Source of the DNA: a bacterium
GTDB lineage: Bacteria; Patescibacteriota; Minisyncoccia; UBA6257; 02-FULL-45-10c
Length of the DNA: 64,000 nucleotides
Assembly: GCA_021786945.1 (NCBI GenBank)
Contig: JAJYMK010000003.1
Coordinates: 240,361-304,360 of the forward strand
Direction: 5' to 3'
Position 1 is the stretch's first letter. Each line of letters opens with the position of its first letter. A program made the position numbers and the translations under genes. Of the stretch, positions 29,651-38,261 are shown piece after piece. Under the pieces are notes generated by a model. The model saw only the letters and a program-made list of their open reading frames with translations, searched no databases and was not told the origin of the DNA.

Positions 29651-29686
29651 CAAGGCGCCGGCCAAAACCGGCGCCTTTTTCTTTCC
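29651..29686 (+). terminator. Rho-independent terminator
   Basis: A 9-bp GC stem (aggcgccgg / ccggcgcct), a 6-nt loop and a T-run. Confidence 0.6.
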
Positions 29687-29749
29687 AAAAAATTTTAAAA
29701 AAATGTTTTTTTAAGTTATTATATCTGTATACTTTTATTTTAAATTTTC

Positions 29750-32700
29750 ATGCCTCGCTTCACCCACTTACACGTTCACTCCCACTACTCACTTTTGGAT
29801 GGTTTGGCCAAAATAGACGATCTCGTAAACAGAACGAAAGAGCTCGGAATGGATTCTTTGGCAATTACCGATCATGGCAATCTTTACGGCGCAATTGAAT
29901 TTTACAAAAAAGCAAAAAAAGCCGGGATTAAACCGATTCTAGGAGTTGAAGCATATATGGCACCGAATGGCCGACATAGCAAAGTAAACCGCGTCGACGA
30001 CAGATATTACCATCTCGTTTTACTCGCCGAAAATACAACCGGCTGGAAAAATCTTATTCAACTTGTTACCAAAGCGAATCTTGAAGGTTTTTATTACAAA
30101 CCTAGAATAGATAAAGAAATTCTGCTCCAACACCATGAGGGTATTATCGGACTTTCCGCCTGCCCCGCCGGTGAAATAGGACAAGCTTTAATAAATAATA
30201 AATATATCAGAGCAAAAGAAATTGCCCTGGAATATCAGGAAATTTTCGGAAAAGGAAATTTCTTTTTGGAGATAGGCCATCACCCCGGCATCGAGGATGT
30301 ACAAAAAGTAAATGACGGCGTCAGAAAACTTTCAAAAGAACTTGGTATCGATATCGTTGCCACACAAGACACGCATTATTTAAAATCCGAAGACGCAAAA
30401 TATCACGATATTCTTTTGGCCGTACAAACAGGAAACACGGTAGACGATCCAGATAGACTCACGCTTAAAGACGACGATTTTTCATTACGCTCTCCCGAAC
30501 AGATGCTTGAACTTTTTAGCGATATACCTGAAGTACTCGAAAATACAGCAAAAATAGCAGATAGATGCAACGTGGAAATTCAGCTCGGAAAAATTATCTT
30601 GCCTAAATTTAATTTGCCCGAAAATGAAAACTCGATAGATTTTTTGGAAAAACTGGTGCAGGAAAAACTTCCAAAAAGATACCCGAATCTGGATGAGACT
30701 ACCAAAAAACGTCTAGACTACGAAATGAGTATTATTAAAAAAACTGGTTTCGTGGACTATTTCCTCATTGTTCAAGACTTCGTAAACTGGGCCAAAGAAA
30801 GAGGTATAGCCGTAGGTCCGGGAAGAGGCTCGGCTGCGGGCAGCATTGTTTCATATATTCTCGGGATTACCGACTTGGACCCGCTTCAATACGACTTGAT
30901 GTTCGAGAGATTTTTGAATCCGGAACGTATTTCAATGCCTGATATAGATTTGGATTTCACCGATACCCGCCGGGATGAAGTTTTTGGATATCTGCAGGAA
31001 AAATACGGCACTGATCACGTTGCCCATATTATTACATTCGGAACAATGGCCGCACGCGCTGCAATCAGAGACTGCGGAAGAGCCTTGGGCGTTCCTCTTT
31101 CACTTTGTGATACAGTGGCAAAATTAATTCCTTTTAATCCAACTCAGGGGATGAAAGAAGGCTGGATAGACGAAACACTTAAAAAAGTGGTTGAGTTCAA
31201 AACTATTTACGATACCAACGAACAGGCCAAAAAGGTTATAGACGCCGCCAAACATCTTGAAGGCGTAAACAGACACGCCTCCGTGCATGCTTGCGGCACG
31301 GTTATTTCCAAGGAACCACTCACGGAATATATGCCAATTCAATTTGCGCCTCAAGATAAAGATACAATCGTTACGCAATTTGAAATGCACAGCGTTGAAG
31401 ACCTTGGTCTTTTGAAAATCGATCTTCTCGGACTTAAAAACCTCACCATTATTGAAAACACCCTTAGACTGATAAAAGAAAATTACAATACCGATCTGGA
31501 TATAGGAAAAATTCCGTTGGACGATAAAAAAACATTTGAAATTTTGCAGGCTGCCGACACAACCGGAGTTTTCCAGCTGGAATCCAGCGGCATGCGAAGA
31601 TACCTCAAAGAACTCAAGCCTAACCAAATTGAGGATATTATCGCTATGGTTGCCTTGTACCGTCCCGGTCCGATGGAATTTATTCCTCAATACATCAACA
31701 GAAAATTCAAAAGAGAAAGAATTGTTTATCTGCATCCGAAGTTGGAACCGGCTCTCAAAAAAACATACGGTGTTATGATTTACCAAGAACAACTTATGAG
31801 AGTCGCCCAGGAACTGGCCGGATTCTCTCTTTCCGAAGCGGATACACTCAGAAAAGCTGTCGGTAAAAAAATAAAATCACTGCTCGACGAACAATCCCAG
31901 AAAATGATAGACGGCATGGTAAAAAATGGCATAGAAAAAAGAGTTGCTGAACAAATATGGCAATGGTTTGAACCATTTGCCAGATACGGATTCAACAGAA
32001 GCCACGCTGCATGCTATGCCCTAATCGGATACCGAACGGCTTATTTACGCGCTCACTACCCCGTTGAGTTCTATACCAGTCTTTTAAATTCCGATTCCGG
32101 CGATGTGGAAAGAGTAGCTTTCCTAATCGGTGAGGCCAAAAAAGTGGGAATTGAAGTGCTGGCTCCGGATATCAATAAAAGTTTTACCAGTTTCGTGCCT
32201 GAGGAAAAAAATATCCGTTTCGGTTTATTAGCTATTAAAAATATCGGGCAAAATATAGTGGATGCCATAATGGCAGAAAGGCAGAAAAATGGCCCATATA
32301 AAACATTAGTAGATTTACTGGAAAGAGTTGAACACAAAGATTTAAATAAAAAATCGCTTGAAAGCCTTATTAAATCAGGAGCTCTGGACTGTCTCGGAAT
32401 CGAAAGAAATCAGGCGCTAACTAATATAGAAGAGATTGTTAAATTTGCTTCCAATATTAGAAAATCAAAAACAGTAGCTCAAAATAGTCTTTTTGGAGGA
32501 TCTAAAGCTTCTGCAGGAGCTCTTAAAATGAAGCCTTGTACTCCGGCTACTTCTCTAGAAAGAATTGGATGGGAAAAAGAATTACTCGGTCTTTTTATTT
32601 CCGATCATCCCCTTAATGCCTATAAAGAAAAAATAAAAGCTCTTGGACTTACCGATATCAAAACAGCCATGGTCCGCGGAGATAATGACGAATGGATGAG

Positions 32701-32950
32701 GCCAAAAACAGTTAAAGTGGTCGGATTTATATCAAAAATTCAATCCATCACAACCAAACTGGGACAGCCAATGCTCTTTGTGGTTATTCAGGACTTTGAT
32801 GCCAGCGTGGAAATACTGGTCTTCTCCGATGTATTGGAAAAAACAAAAAATATCTGGAAAGAAGGCAATGTCGTTGTAGTTTCCGGTAAAATTTCTTTAC
32901 GCGACGAAGAATCAAAAATTATCTGCAATACCGCAAAAGAAATAAAATAG
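29750..32950 (+). CDS. dnaE: DNA polymerase III alpha subunit
   Basis: 1066 aa. The N-terminal PHP domain is HLHVHSHYSLLDGLAKIDDLV...ITDHGNLYG; the polymerase core is colinear with DnaE. A C-terminal OB fold is present. Confidence 0.95.
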   Translation: MPRFTHLHVHSHYSLLDGLAKIDDLVNRTKELGMDSLAITDHGNLYGAIEFYKKAKKAGIKPILGVEAYMAPNGRHSKVNRVDDRYYHLVLLAENTTGWKNLIQLVTKANLEGFYYKPRIDKEILLQHHEGIIGLSACPAGEIGQALINNKYIRAKEIALEYQEIFGKGNFFLEIGHHPGIEDVQKVNDGVRKLSKELGIDIVATQDTHYLKSEDAKYHDILLAVQTGNTVDDPDRLTLKDDDFSLRSPEQMLELFSDIPEVLENTAKIADRCNVEIQLGKIILPKFNLPENENSIDFLEKLVQEKLPKRYPNLDETTKKRLDYEMSIIKKTGFVDYFLIVQDFVNWAKERGIAVGPGRGSAAGSIVSYILGITDLDPLQYDLMFERFLNPERISMPDIDLDFTDTRRDEVFGYLQEKYGTDHVAHIITFGTMAARAAIRDCGRALGVPLSLCDTVAKLIPFNPTQGMKEGWIDETLKKVVEFKTIYDTNEQAKKVIDAAKHLEGVNRHASVHACGTVISKEPLTEYMPIQFAPQDKDTIVTQFEMHSVEDLGLLKIDLLGLKNLTIIENTLRLIKENYNTDLDIGKIPLDDKKTFEILQAADTTGVFQLESSGMRRYLKELKPNQIEDIIAMVALYRPGPMEFIPQYINRKFKRERIVYLHPKLEPALKKTYGVMIYQEQLMRVAQELAGFSLSEADTLRKAVGKKIKSLLDEQSQKMIDGMVKNGIEKRVAEQIWQWFEPFARYGFNRSHAACYALIGYRTAYLRAHYPVEFYTSLLNSDSGDVERVAFLIGEAKKVGIEVLAPDINKSFTSFVPEEKNIRFGLLAIKNIGQNIVDAIMAERQKNGPYKTLVDLLERVEHKDLNKKSLESLIKSGALDCLGIERNQALTNIEEIVKFASNIRKSKTVAQNSLFGGSKASAGALKMKPCTPATSLERIGWEKELLGLFISDHPLNAYKEKIKALGLTDIKTAMVRGDNDEWMRPKTVKVVGFISKIQSITTKLGQPMLFVVIQDFDASVEILVFSDVLEKTKNIWKEGNVVVVSGKISLRDEESKIICNTAKEIK

Positions 32951-32993
32951 GACCCTTTAACGAGTCCTATTATTTAGGCTTTTTAGCCTTTAT

Positions 32994-33359
32994 TTATGGA
33001 ATAATGCCGTGCCCAGCTTTTATGCAGTTGAACACCGCGTTCATAACCAGAAAAAGCCGGTTTGGTGGAAAACTGCGAAGACCCTCTATGGGTTTAGGTA
33101 AATAAATATTGCCGTTTTTAATCCATTTCTTCGCAAACTCATCGCCATTTTCTTCAGCAAGAAGACAAAATGCGCAATAGCCGTACTGAATACGCATAAT
33201 TATTTCCGCCGGAAGATTTGCGCCACTTTCGACTTTCTTAAGTCCCGTCATTGCGAAAGTCAGCTCTTTTCCTGCTTTCTTTTTTAACAAACTAAAAAGA
33301 TCTCTTGGGTCTTTTTCAAAAGCCTCCATCAAAATCCACATCATTTTTTCTTTTGTCAT
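32994..33359 (-). CDS. Hypothetical protein (122 aa)
   Basis: An SD (aaggggg) lies 5 nt upstream of the ATG at 33359. I recognise no domain. Confidence 0.4.
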   Translation of the reverse strand: MTKEKMMWILMEAFEKDPRDLFSLLKKKAGKELTFAMTGLKKVESGANLPAEIIMRIQYGYCAFCLLAEENGDEFAKKWIKNGNIYLPKPIEGLRSFPPNRLFLVMNAVFNCIKAGHGIIP

Positions 33360-33369
33360 AAACACCCCC

Positions 33370-33531
33370 TTATCGGCGCTTCTTTTTCTTTTTGTTCATC
33401 TTCGCGTGTAATTTACGGATAAATTTAAGATGTTTTTTAGCGGCAGAACTTTGAAGTATCGAGGATATATCGTAAATTATTACTCCGTTATATCTCACTT
33501 TTTCAATTTTTACCCCATCTCCATCTTCCAT
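33370..33531 (-). CDS. Hypothetical small basic protein (53 aa), not in the ORF track
   Basis: A perfect SD (aaggagg) lies 7 nt upstream of the ATG at 33529-33531. It has a K/R-rich C-terminus and is coupled to the downstream 122-aa gene. Confidence 0.4.
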   Translation of the reverse strand: MEDGDGVKIEKVRYNGVIIYDISSILQSSAAKKHLKFIRKLHAKMNKKKKKRR

Positions 33532-33648
33532 AAGCACCTCCTTTTAAATTTTCAAGATACTTTTTTATATTAACGCCTATTTTTATATCATACAAACTAT
33601 ATTTTATGTATAATGATTTTTTTTAAAAATTAATCTATAATCATATCT

Positions 33649-35406
33649 ATGAGCAAACAAACAAACATTGATGAAGTAAGGCATTCCTTGTCGCACTTAC
33701 TGGCCGCAGCGGTATTAAAAAAATACCAAAAAACCAAACTCGGCATAGGCCCGGTTATAGAAAATGGTTTTTATTATGATTTTTTGTTACCAAAACCGAT
33801 TACCAACGAAGATTTGGCGGAATTGGAAAAAGAAATGCGCCACCTGATAGGCCAAAAACTTGATTTTAAGGCCGAAAAAATTACTGCATTAAAAGCCAAA
33901 AAACTCCTTGCAGGACAGAAGTTCAAACTAGAACTGATAAAAGAACTTCAAAAAGAAAAATCCCCTATTTCCGTATACCGAACTGGCGATGTTTTCCTGG
34001 ATCTCTGTAAGGGCCCTCACGTCAAAAATACTTCCGAAATAAACATGGAAGGTTTTAAGCTTACTCATATTGCCGGAGCTTATTGGAAAGGAAGCGAAAA
34101 AAATCCGATGCTTACCAGGATTTACGGCTTGGCTTTTAATTCCAAAAAAGAATTGGAAGATTACCTGAAAATGATGGAGGAAGCCAAAAAACGCGACCAT
34201 CGCGTACTCGGCGAAAAACTGAAACTTTTTACCTTTAGTGATTTTGTTGGCCCGGGACTTCCCCTTTGGCTTCCAAACGGCACGGTTATCGTAGAAGAGC
34301 TGGAAAAAATGGCTAAAGAAATGGAACGCAGAGCCGGATACAAACAGGTCAGAACTCCGCACGTTGCGAAAGAAAAAATGTATCTTACTTCCGGCCATCT
34401 TCCCTACTACGCCGAATCCAATTTCCCTCCAATGATCATGGAAGAAGACGGACAAAAAACAAAATATTATCTGAAATCCATGAATTGTCCGCACCACCAT
34501 CAAATTTTCGCCGCGGATCCAAAAAGTTACCGCGATCTTCCTTTAAGATTGGCTGAATACGGAACCGTATATCGTTATGAAAAAAGCGGAGAATTATTTG
34601 GCTTAATGCGCGTACGCATGCTCTCTATGAACGATGCGCATATATACTGCACAGAAGAACAATTTGCCGACGAATTTATGGCTGTAATAAAAATGTATTT
34701 GGAATACTTCAGAATTTTTGGAATTGAAAAATATGTAATGCGTTTTTCCAAACACAGTAAAGAAGGTTTGGGTAAAAAATACATAGACAATCCCAAGCTT
34801 TGGAAAAAAACCGAGGACATGGTACGCAACGTAATGCTTAAAGAAAAAATTCCTTTTGTTGAGGTGGAAAACGAAGCCGCATTCTATGGGCCAAAAATAG
34901 ATGTCCAAATTTGGAGCGCTATTGGCCGTGAATTTACACTAGCCACAAACCAAGTTGATTTTGCCGTACCCGGAAGATTTAATCTTGCATATAAAGACAA
35001 AGACGGCAAAGAAAAAACGCCAATATGCATACACAGAGCTCCTCTTGGAACCCACGAAAGAACAATAGGTTTTCTGATTGAACATTATGCCGGCGCCTTT
35101 CCGGCATGGCTAGCCCCTATTCAAGCAATAATTTTACCTATCAGCGAAAAACAAACAAAATACGCAAAAGAAGTTTCTGATAATCTTATTAAGAACGGAA
35201 TAAGAGTAAATATGGATGATTCTAGTGAAACCCTTGGAAAACGCATCCGCGAAGCAGAAATGCAAAAAATACCATATATTCTCGTAATTGGCGGACAAGA
35301 AGAAACTAACAAAACAGTAGCTGTGCGCCAACGCGAAAAAGGAAATATAGGCGCCATGACAGTGGAAGCCTTTTCGGAACTGATAAAAAAACAATTGCCG
35401 TATTAA
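33649..35406 (+). CDS. thrS: Threonyl-tRNA synthetase, N-terminally short (no TGS domain)
   Basis: It starts inside the second additional domain (RHSLSHLLAAAV). The class II catalytic core and the C-terminal anticodon-binding domain are colinear with ThrS. 585 aa. Confidence 0.9.
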   Translation: MSKQTNIDEVRHSLSHLLAAAVLKKYQKTKLGIGPVIENGFYYDFLLPKPITNEDLAELEKEMRHLIGQKLDFKAEKITALKAKKLLAGQKFKLELIKELQKEKSPISVYRTGDVFLDLCKGPHVKNTSEINMEGFKLTHIAGAYWKGSEKNPMLTRIYGLAFNSKKELEDYLKMMEEAKKRDHRVLGEKLKLFTFSDFVGPGLPLWLPNGTVIVEELEKMAKEMERRAGYKQVRTPHVAKEKMYLTSGHLPYYAESNFPPMIMEEDGQKTKYYLKSMNCPHHHQIFAADPKSYRDLPLRLAEYGTVYRYEKSGELFGLMRVRMLSMNDAHIYCTEEQFADEFMAVIKMYLEYFRIFGIEKYVMRFSKHSKEGLGKKYIDNPKLWKKTEDMVRNVMLKEKIPFVEVENEAAFYGPKIDVQIWSAIGREFTLATNQVDFAVPGRFNLAYKDKDGKEKTPICIHRAPLGTHERTIGFLIEHYAGAFPAWLAPIQAIILPISEKQTKYAKEVSDNLIKNGIRVNMDDSSETLGKRIREAEMQKIPYILVIGGQEETNKTVAVRQREKGNIGAMTVEAFSELIKKQLPY

Positions 35407-35409
35407 TAA

Positions 35410-35446
35410 AAAATCCCCGCTTTCTTGCGGGGATTTTGATTTATAT
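35410..35446. terminator. Bidirectional rho-independent terminator
   Basis: A 9-bp stem (aatccccgc / gcggggatt) with a 6-nt loop and flanking A and T runs. It lies between convergent thrS and the 73-aa gene. Confidence 0.6.
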
Positions 35447-35448
35447 TT

Positions 35449-35670
35449 TTATGCTCTATGTTCAAATTCTTTTTCTAGGTTTTTTCTGGCTTTTTCTACA
35501 CCCTCTTGAATTTCTATTTGTTTAGCCAGATCCTTTAATCCTTCAGCTGTTTGTTCTTTTAATTTTCTCTCTTCAATAGCCTTCTTGTTCTTTATAATTT
35601 CGGCATAATTTAACATAATTTCTTTATCCTGTTTTTTGGGTTCGGGGTTAAATTTAAATGATTCAAACAT
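35449..35670 (-). CDS. Hypothetical small coiled-coil protein (73 aa)
   Basis: A charged, helical ORF immediately downstream of gatB with a 1-nt gap. Confidence 0.35.
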   Translation of the reverse strand: MFESFKFNPEPKKQDKEIMLNYAEIIKNKKAIEERKLKEQTAEGLKDLAKQIEIQEGVEKARKNLEKEFEHRA

Positions 35671-35671
35671 A

Positions 35672-37144
35672 TTAAATATTTTCTTTAAATAATTTTTTTA
35701 AAACTTCGGGATTACCTCGGCCTTTTAAAGCTGCCATAGCTTTTCCTATTAAAAACATAACCGCCTGATCTTTTCCGCTCTTCAAATCACCGGCTGCTTT
35801 AGGATTTTCTTTTAGAATTTTCACTACCAATTCATGAAGCCCGGCTTCGTCAGAAATCTGTCCTAAACTTTCGGTTTTAACTATTTCCCTAGGATCTAGG
35901 CCTGTATCAATCATCCTAACTATCAAATCTTTAGCCACCCTGCTGGAAATCTCTTTTTTGGCTATCATATCGATAAGATCGGCAAAATTTTCAGGATCAA
36001 CTTTACTTTCTGAAAACCCTATTCCTTTGGCCATTAAAAGACCTCTCAAATCGGTAGATAGATAATTAAGAGTTAATTTTATTTTTTCCGAATTTATCTC
36101 TTCTTGTTCATCGCCTTCCAATTCCGACACCGCCTGCTCAAAATAATTGGACATTTCTCTGTCATCAATCAGCATTCCAAGCATGTCCTGAGAAATTTTA
36201 TATTGTTCGGCAAATCTTTTTCTTTTTGCTTCTGGCAATTCAGGAATTTCCAATTTTAATTTTTCGATATCAAATCCACTCTTTGTAAACGGAGGCAGAT
36301 CGGGCTCGGGAAAATATCTGTAATCATGGGCTTGTTCCTTCGAACGCTGGGCAATCGTTTTTTGTTTTATATCGTCCCACCCTCTGGTTTCCTGGTTAAC
36401 TTTGCCGCCTTCTTCCAATATTTCAGTCTGACGTTTTATTTCATAATTTATAGCACTCTCAAGAGCGCTAAAAGAATTAAGATTTTTAATTTCCGCCCTA
36501 GTGCCCAGTTTTTCATCAGGACTAATTGAAATATTAGCGTCAAAACGCATTTGCCCTCTTTCTAAATCAGCTGTAGAAACACCGAGATAACGCAAAAGAA
36601 GCTGCAATTCCCTGCCATAAGCCACCGCTTCCTCGGCACTATGGATATCCGGCTCCGAAACCAATTCCATGAGCGGTACTCCACCACGATTAAAATCTAC
36701 AAAAGTAATCTCTTTACCGTTTTCGTCTTTACCATGAACCAATTTACCGGCATCTTCCTCAAGATGGACTCTGTTTATTTTGATTATTCTATTTTTTCGG
36801 ATTCTGCTGGAAATATCCAAACTTCCGCCCTTAACTATCGGCAAATCAAACTGTGAAATCTGATAACCCTTTGGAAGATCGGGGTAAAAATAATTTTTCC
36901 TGTCGAATTTAAAATTTTCGTTAATTTCTCCGCCTATAGCCAAACCAATCTTAATCATGAATTCAATGGCTTTTTTGTTCAAAACCGGTAAAACTCCGGG
37001 GTGGCCAAGACAGACCGGACAAACATTTGTGTTTGGCCTTTTTTCGTCGGGATTATTCGGACAATCACAAAAGACCTTAGTCTTCGTATGAAGCTCGGCG
37101 TGCACTTCCAAACCTATTGTCGGCAAATATTTATGCATATTCAA
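35672..37144 (-). CDS. gatB: Asp-tRNA(Asn)/Glu-tRNA(Gln) amidotransferase subunit B
   Basis: The N-terminus IGLEVHAELHTKTKVFCDCPN...VCPVCLGHPGVLP is colinear with GatB. A C-terminal GatB/YqeY-type domain is present. 490 aa. Confidence 0.9.
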   Translation of the reverse strand: MNMHKYLPTIGLEVHAELHTKTKVFCDCPNNPDEKRPNTNVCPVCLGHPGVLPVLNKKAIEFMIKIGLAIGGEINENFKFDRKNYFYPDLPKGYQISQFDLPIVKGGSLDISSRIRKNRIIKINRVHLEEDAGKLVHGKDENGKEITFVDFNRGGVPLMELVSEPDIHSAEEAVAYGRELQLLLRYLGVSTADLERGQMRFDANISISPDEKLGTRAEIKNLNSFSALESAINYEIKRQTEILEEGGKVNQETRGWDDIKQKTIAQRSKEQAHDYRYFPEPDLPPFTKSGFDIEKLKLEIPELPEAKRKRFAEQYKISQDMLGMLIDDREMSNYFEQAVSELEGDEQEEINSEKIKLTLNYLSTDLRGLLMAKGIGFSESKVDPENFADLIDMIAKKEISSRVAKDLIVRMIDTGLDPREIVKTESLGQISDEAGLHELVVKILKENPKAAGDLKSGKDQAVMFLIGKAMAALKGRGNPEVLKKLFKENI

Positions 37145-37179
37145 TAATGATTATTATATCAAAAATATAAACAATAAAA

Positions 37180-37212
37180 AACGCCCCTATAAATATAGGG
37201 GCGCCTTATTTT
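37180..37212 (-). terminator. Rho-independent terminator after tmk
   Basis: A 9-bp stem (cgcccctat / ataggggcg) with a 4-nt loop, and a T-run on the minus strand. Confidence 0.5.
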
Positions 37213-37828
37213 CCAGCATTTTATCTATTTCTTTTTTAACCTGTTCGAAAATAATATCCGAACTGTCACCTCTCAAGATAACGATATTTTCTTCCGGCAA
37301 TGCTTTTGCCAGATCGAGGTAATTATTTCTCAGGACTTCCTGAAAATTCCTGTCTTTCTCAAAAACTTCCTTAAAATCCCGCTTCTTGTCGGCGGCCGCT
37401 CTTTTGATGGCCTCCTCAACGGGAATATCAGGAATGATAATGAGATCCGGGACTAAAATGCCTTTATGCATTTTTATAAGCTTTTCCAGGGAAATTCCCT
37501 GGGTCTGCTGATAAGCAAGCGTAGAATATTTATATCTGTCGCTTACTACATGGTGCCCTGCCGCAAGTTCTTTTTCTATCCATTTGGCGTGAACCTTACG
37601 GTCTTTGACGAAAAGATCAGCGAATATCTCCGCGTTTTCATAGGGATCTATATTTTCTTTCATCATCCTTCTGATTTCATCGTGATACTTAGAAATATAG
37701 GGCTCCCTCGTCATTAAAACATGGTGAGTTTTTAACTTATTAAAAAGATAGGCAGCTATCTTTTTCATGATAGTTCCCTTTCCGCAACCATCAATTCCGT
37801 CCAAAGCAATGAATTTGCCTCTCAACAT
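37187..37828 (-). CDS. tmk: Thymidylate kinase
   Basis: A P-loop (ALDGIDGCGKGT) and LID-region motifs are present. 213 aa. Confidence 0.85.
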   Translation of the reverse strand: MLRGKFIALDGIDGCGKGTIMKKIAAYLFNKLKTHHVLMTREPYISKYHDEIRRMMKENIDPYENAEIFADLFVKDRKVHAKWIEKELAAGHHVVSDRYKYSTLAYQQTQGISLEKLIKMHKGILVPDLIIIPDIPVEEAIKRAAADKKRDFKEVFEKDRNFQEVLRNNYLDLAKALPEENIVILRGDSSDIIFEQVKKEIDKMLENKAPLYL

Positions 37829-37955
37829 ATTACCTCCATTATAACTCTTATTTAATATTCAAAAAACTGTATTCAATTATAATCTTTTAAAAGCTATTGG
37901 CAAATTTTTTAAATAGCGCTAGGTTAATAATAGATGCTTGAAAAGGAGAACTTCT

Positions 37956-38207
37956 ATGTCCGATGAAATAAAAAAGTACTCGGTGCAGGAATGTATACTG
38001 GCAATCAGAAGCGATCCCGACAGCCAATACGGATTCAAAGATGAACAAGTACTGAATATTTTCCTGGACACGGAAATAAAATCAGAAGAAGATATAAATA
38101 AACTGCTCAAAGAAATGATTTCTTTCAGAAAAAAACTGAAAGAGAAAATCTGCGAAGAACTATCCAAACGCAGAGATGTTCTCAAAAATAAAAAACCGCC
38201 TCTATAA
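37956..38207 (+). CDS. Hypothetical small protein (83 aa)
   Basis: An SD (aaggag) lies 7 nt upstream of the ATG at 37956. A terminator hairpin (aaccgcct / aggcggtt) overlaps the stop. Confidence 0.4.
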   Translation: MSDEIKKYSVQECILAIRSDPDSQYGFKDEQVLNIFLDTEIKSEEDINKLLKEMISFRKKLKEKICEELSKRRDVLKNKKPPL

Positions 38208-38261
38208 GGCGGTTTTTCTTTTATTATCAATCCGTATTAATAACTCCCCCAAAATATAAAA

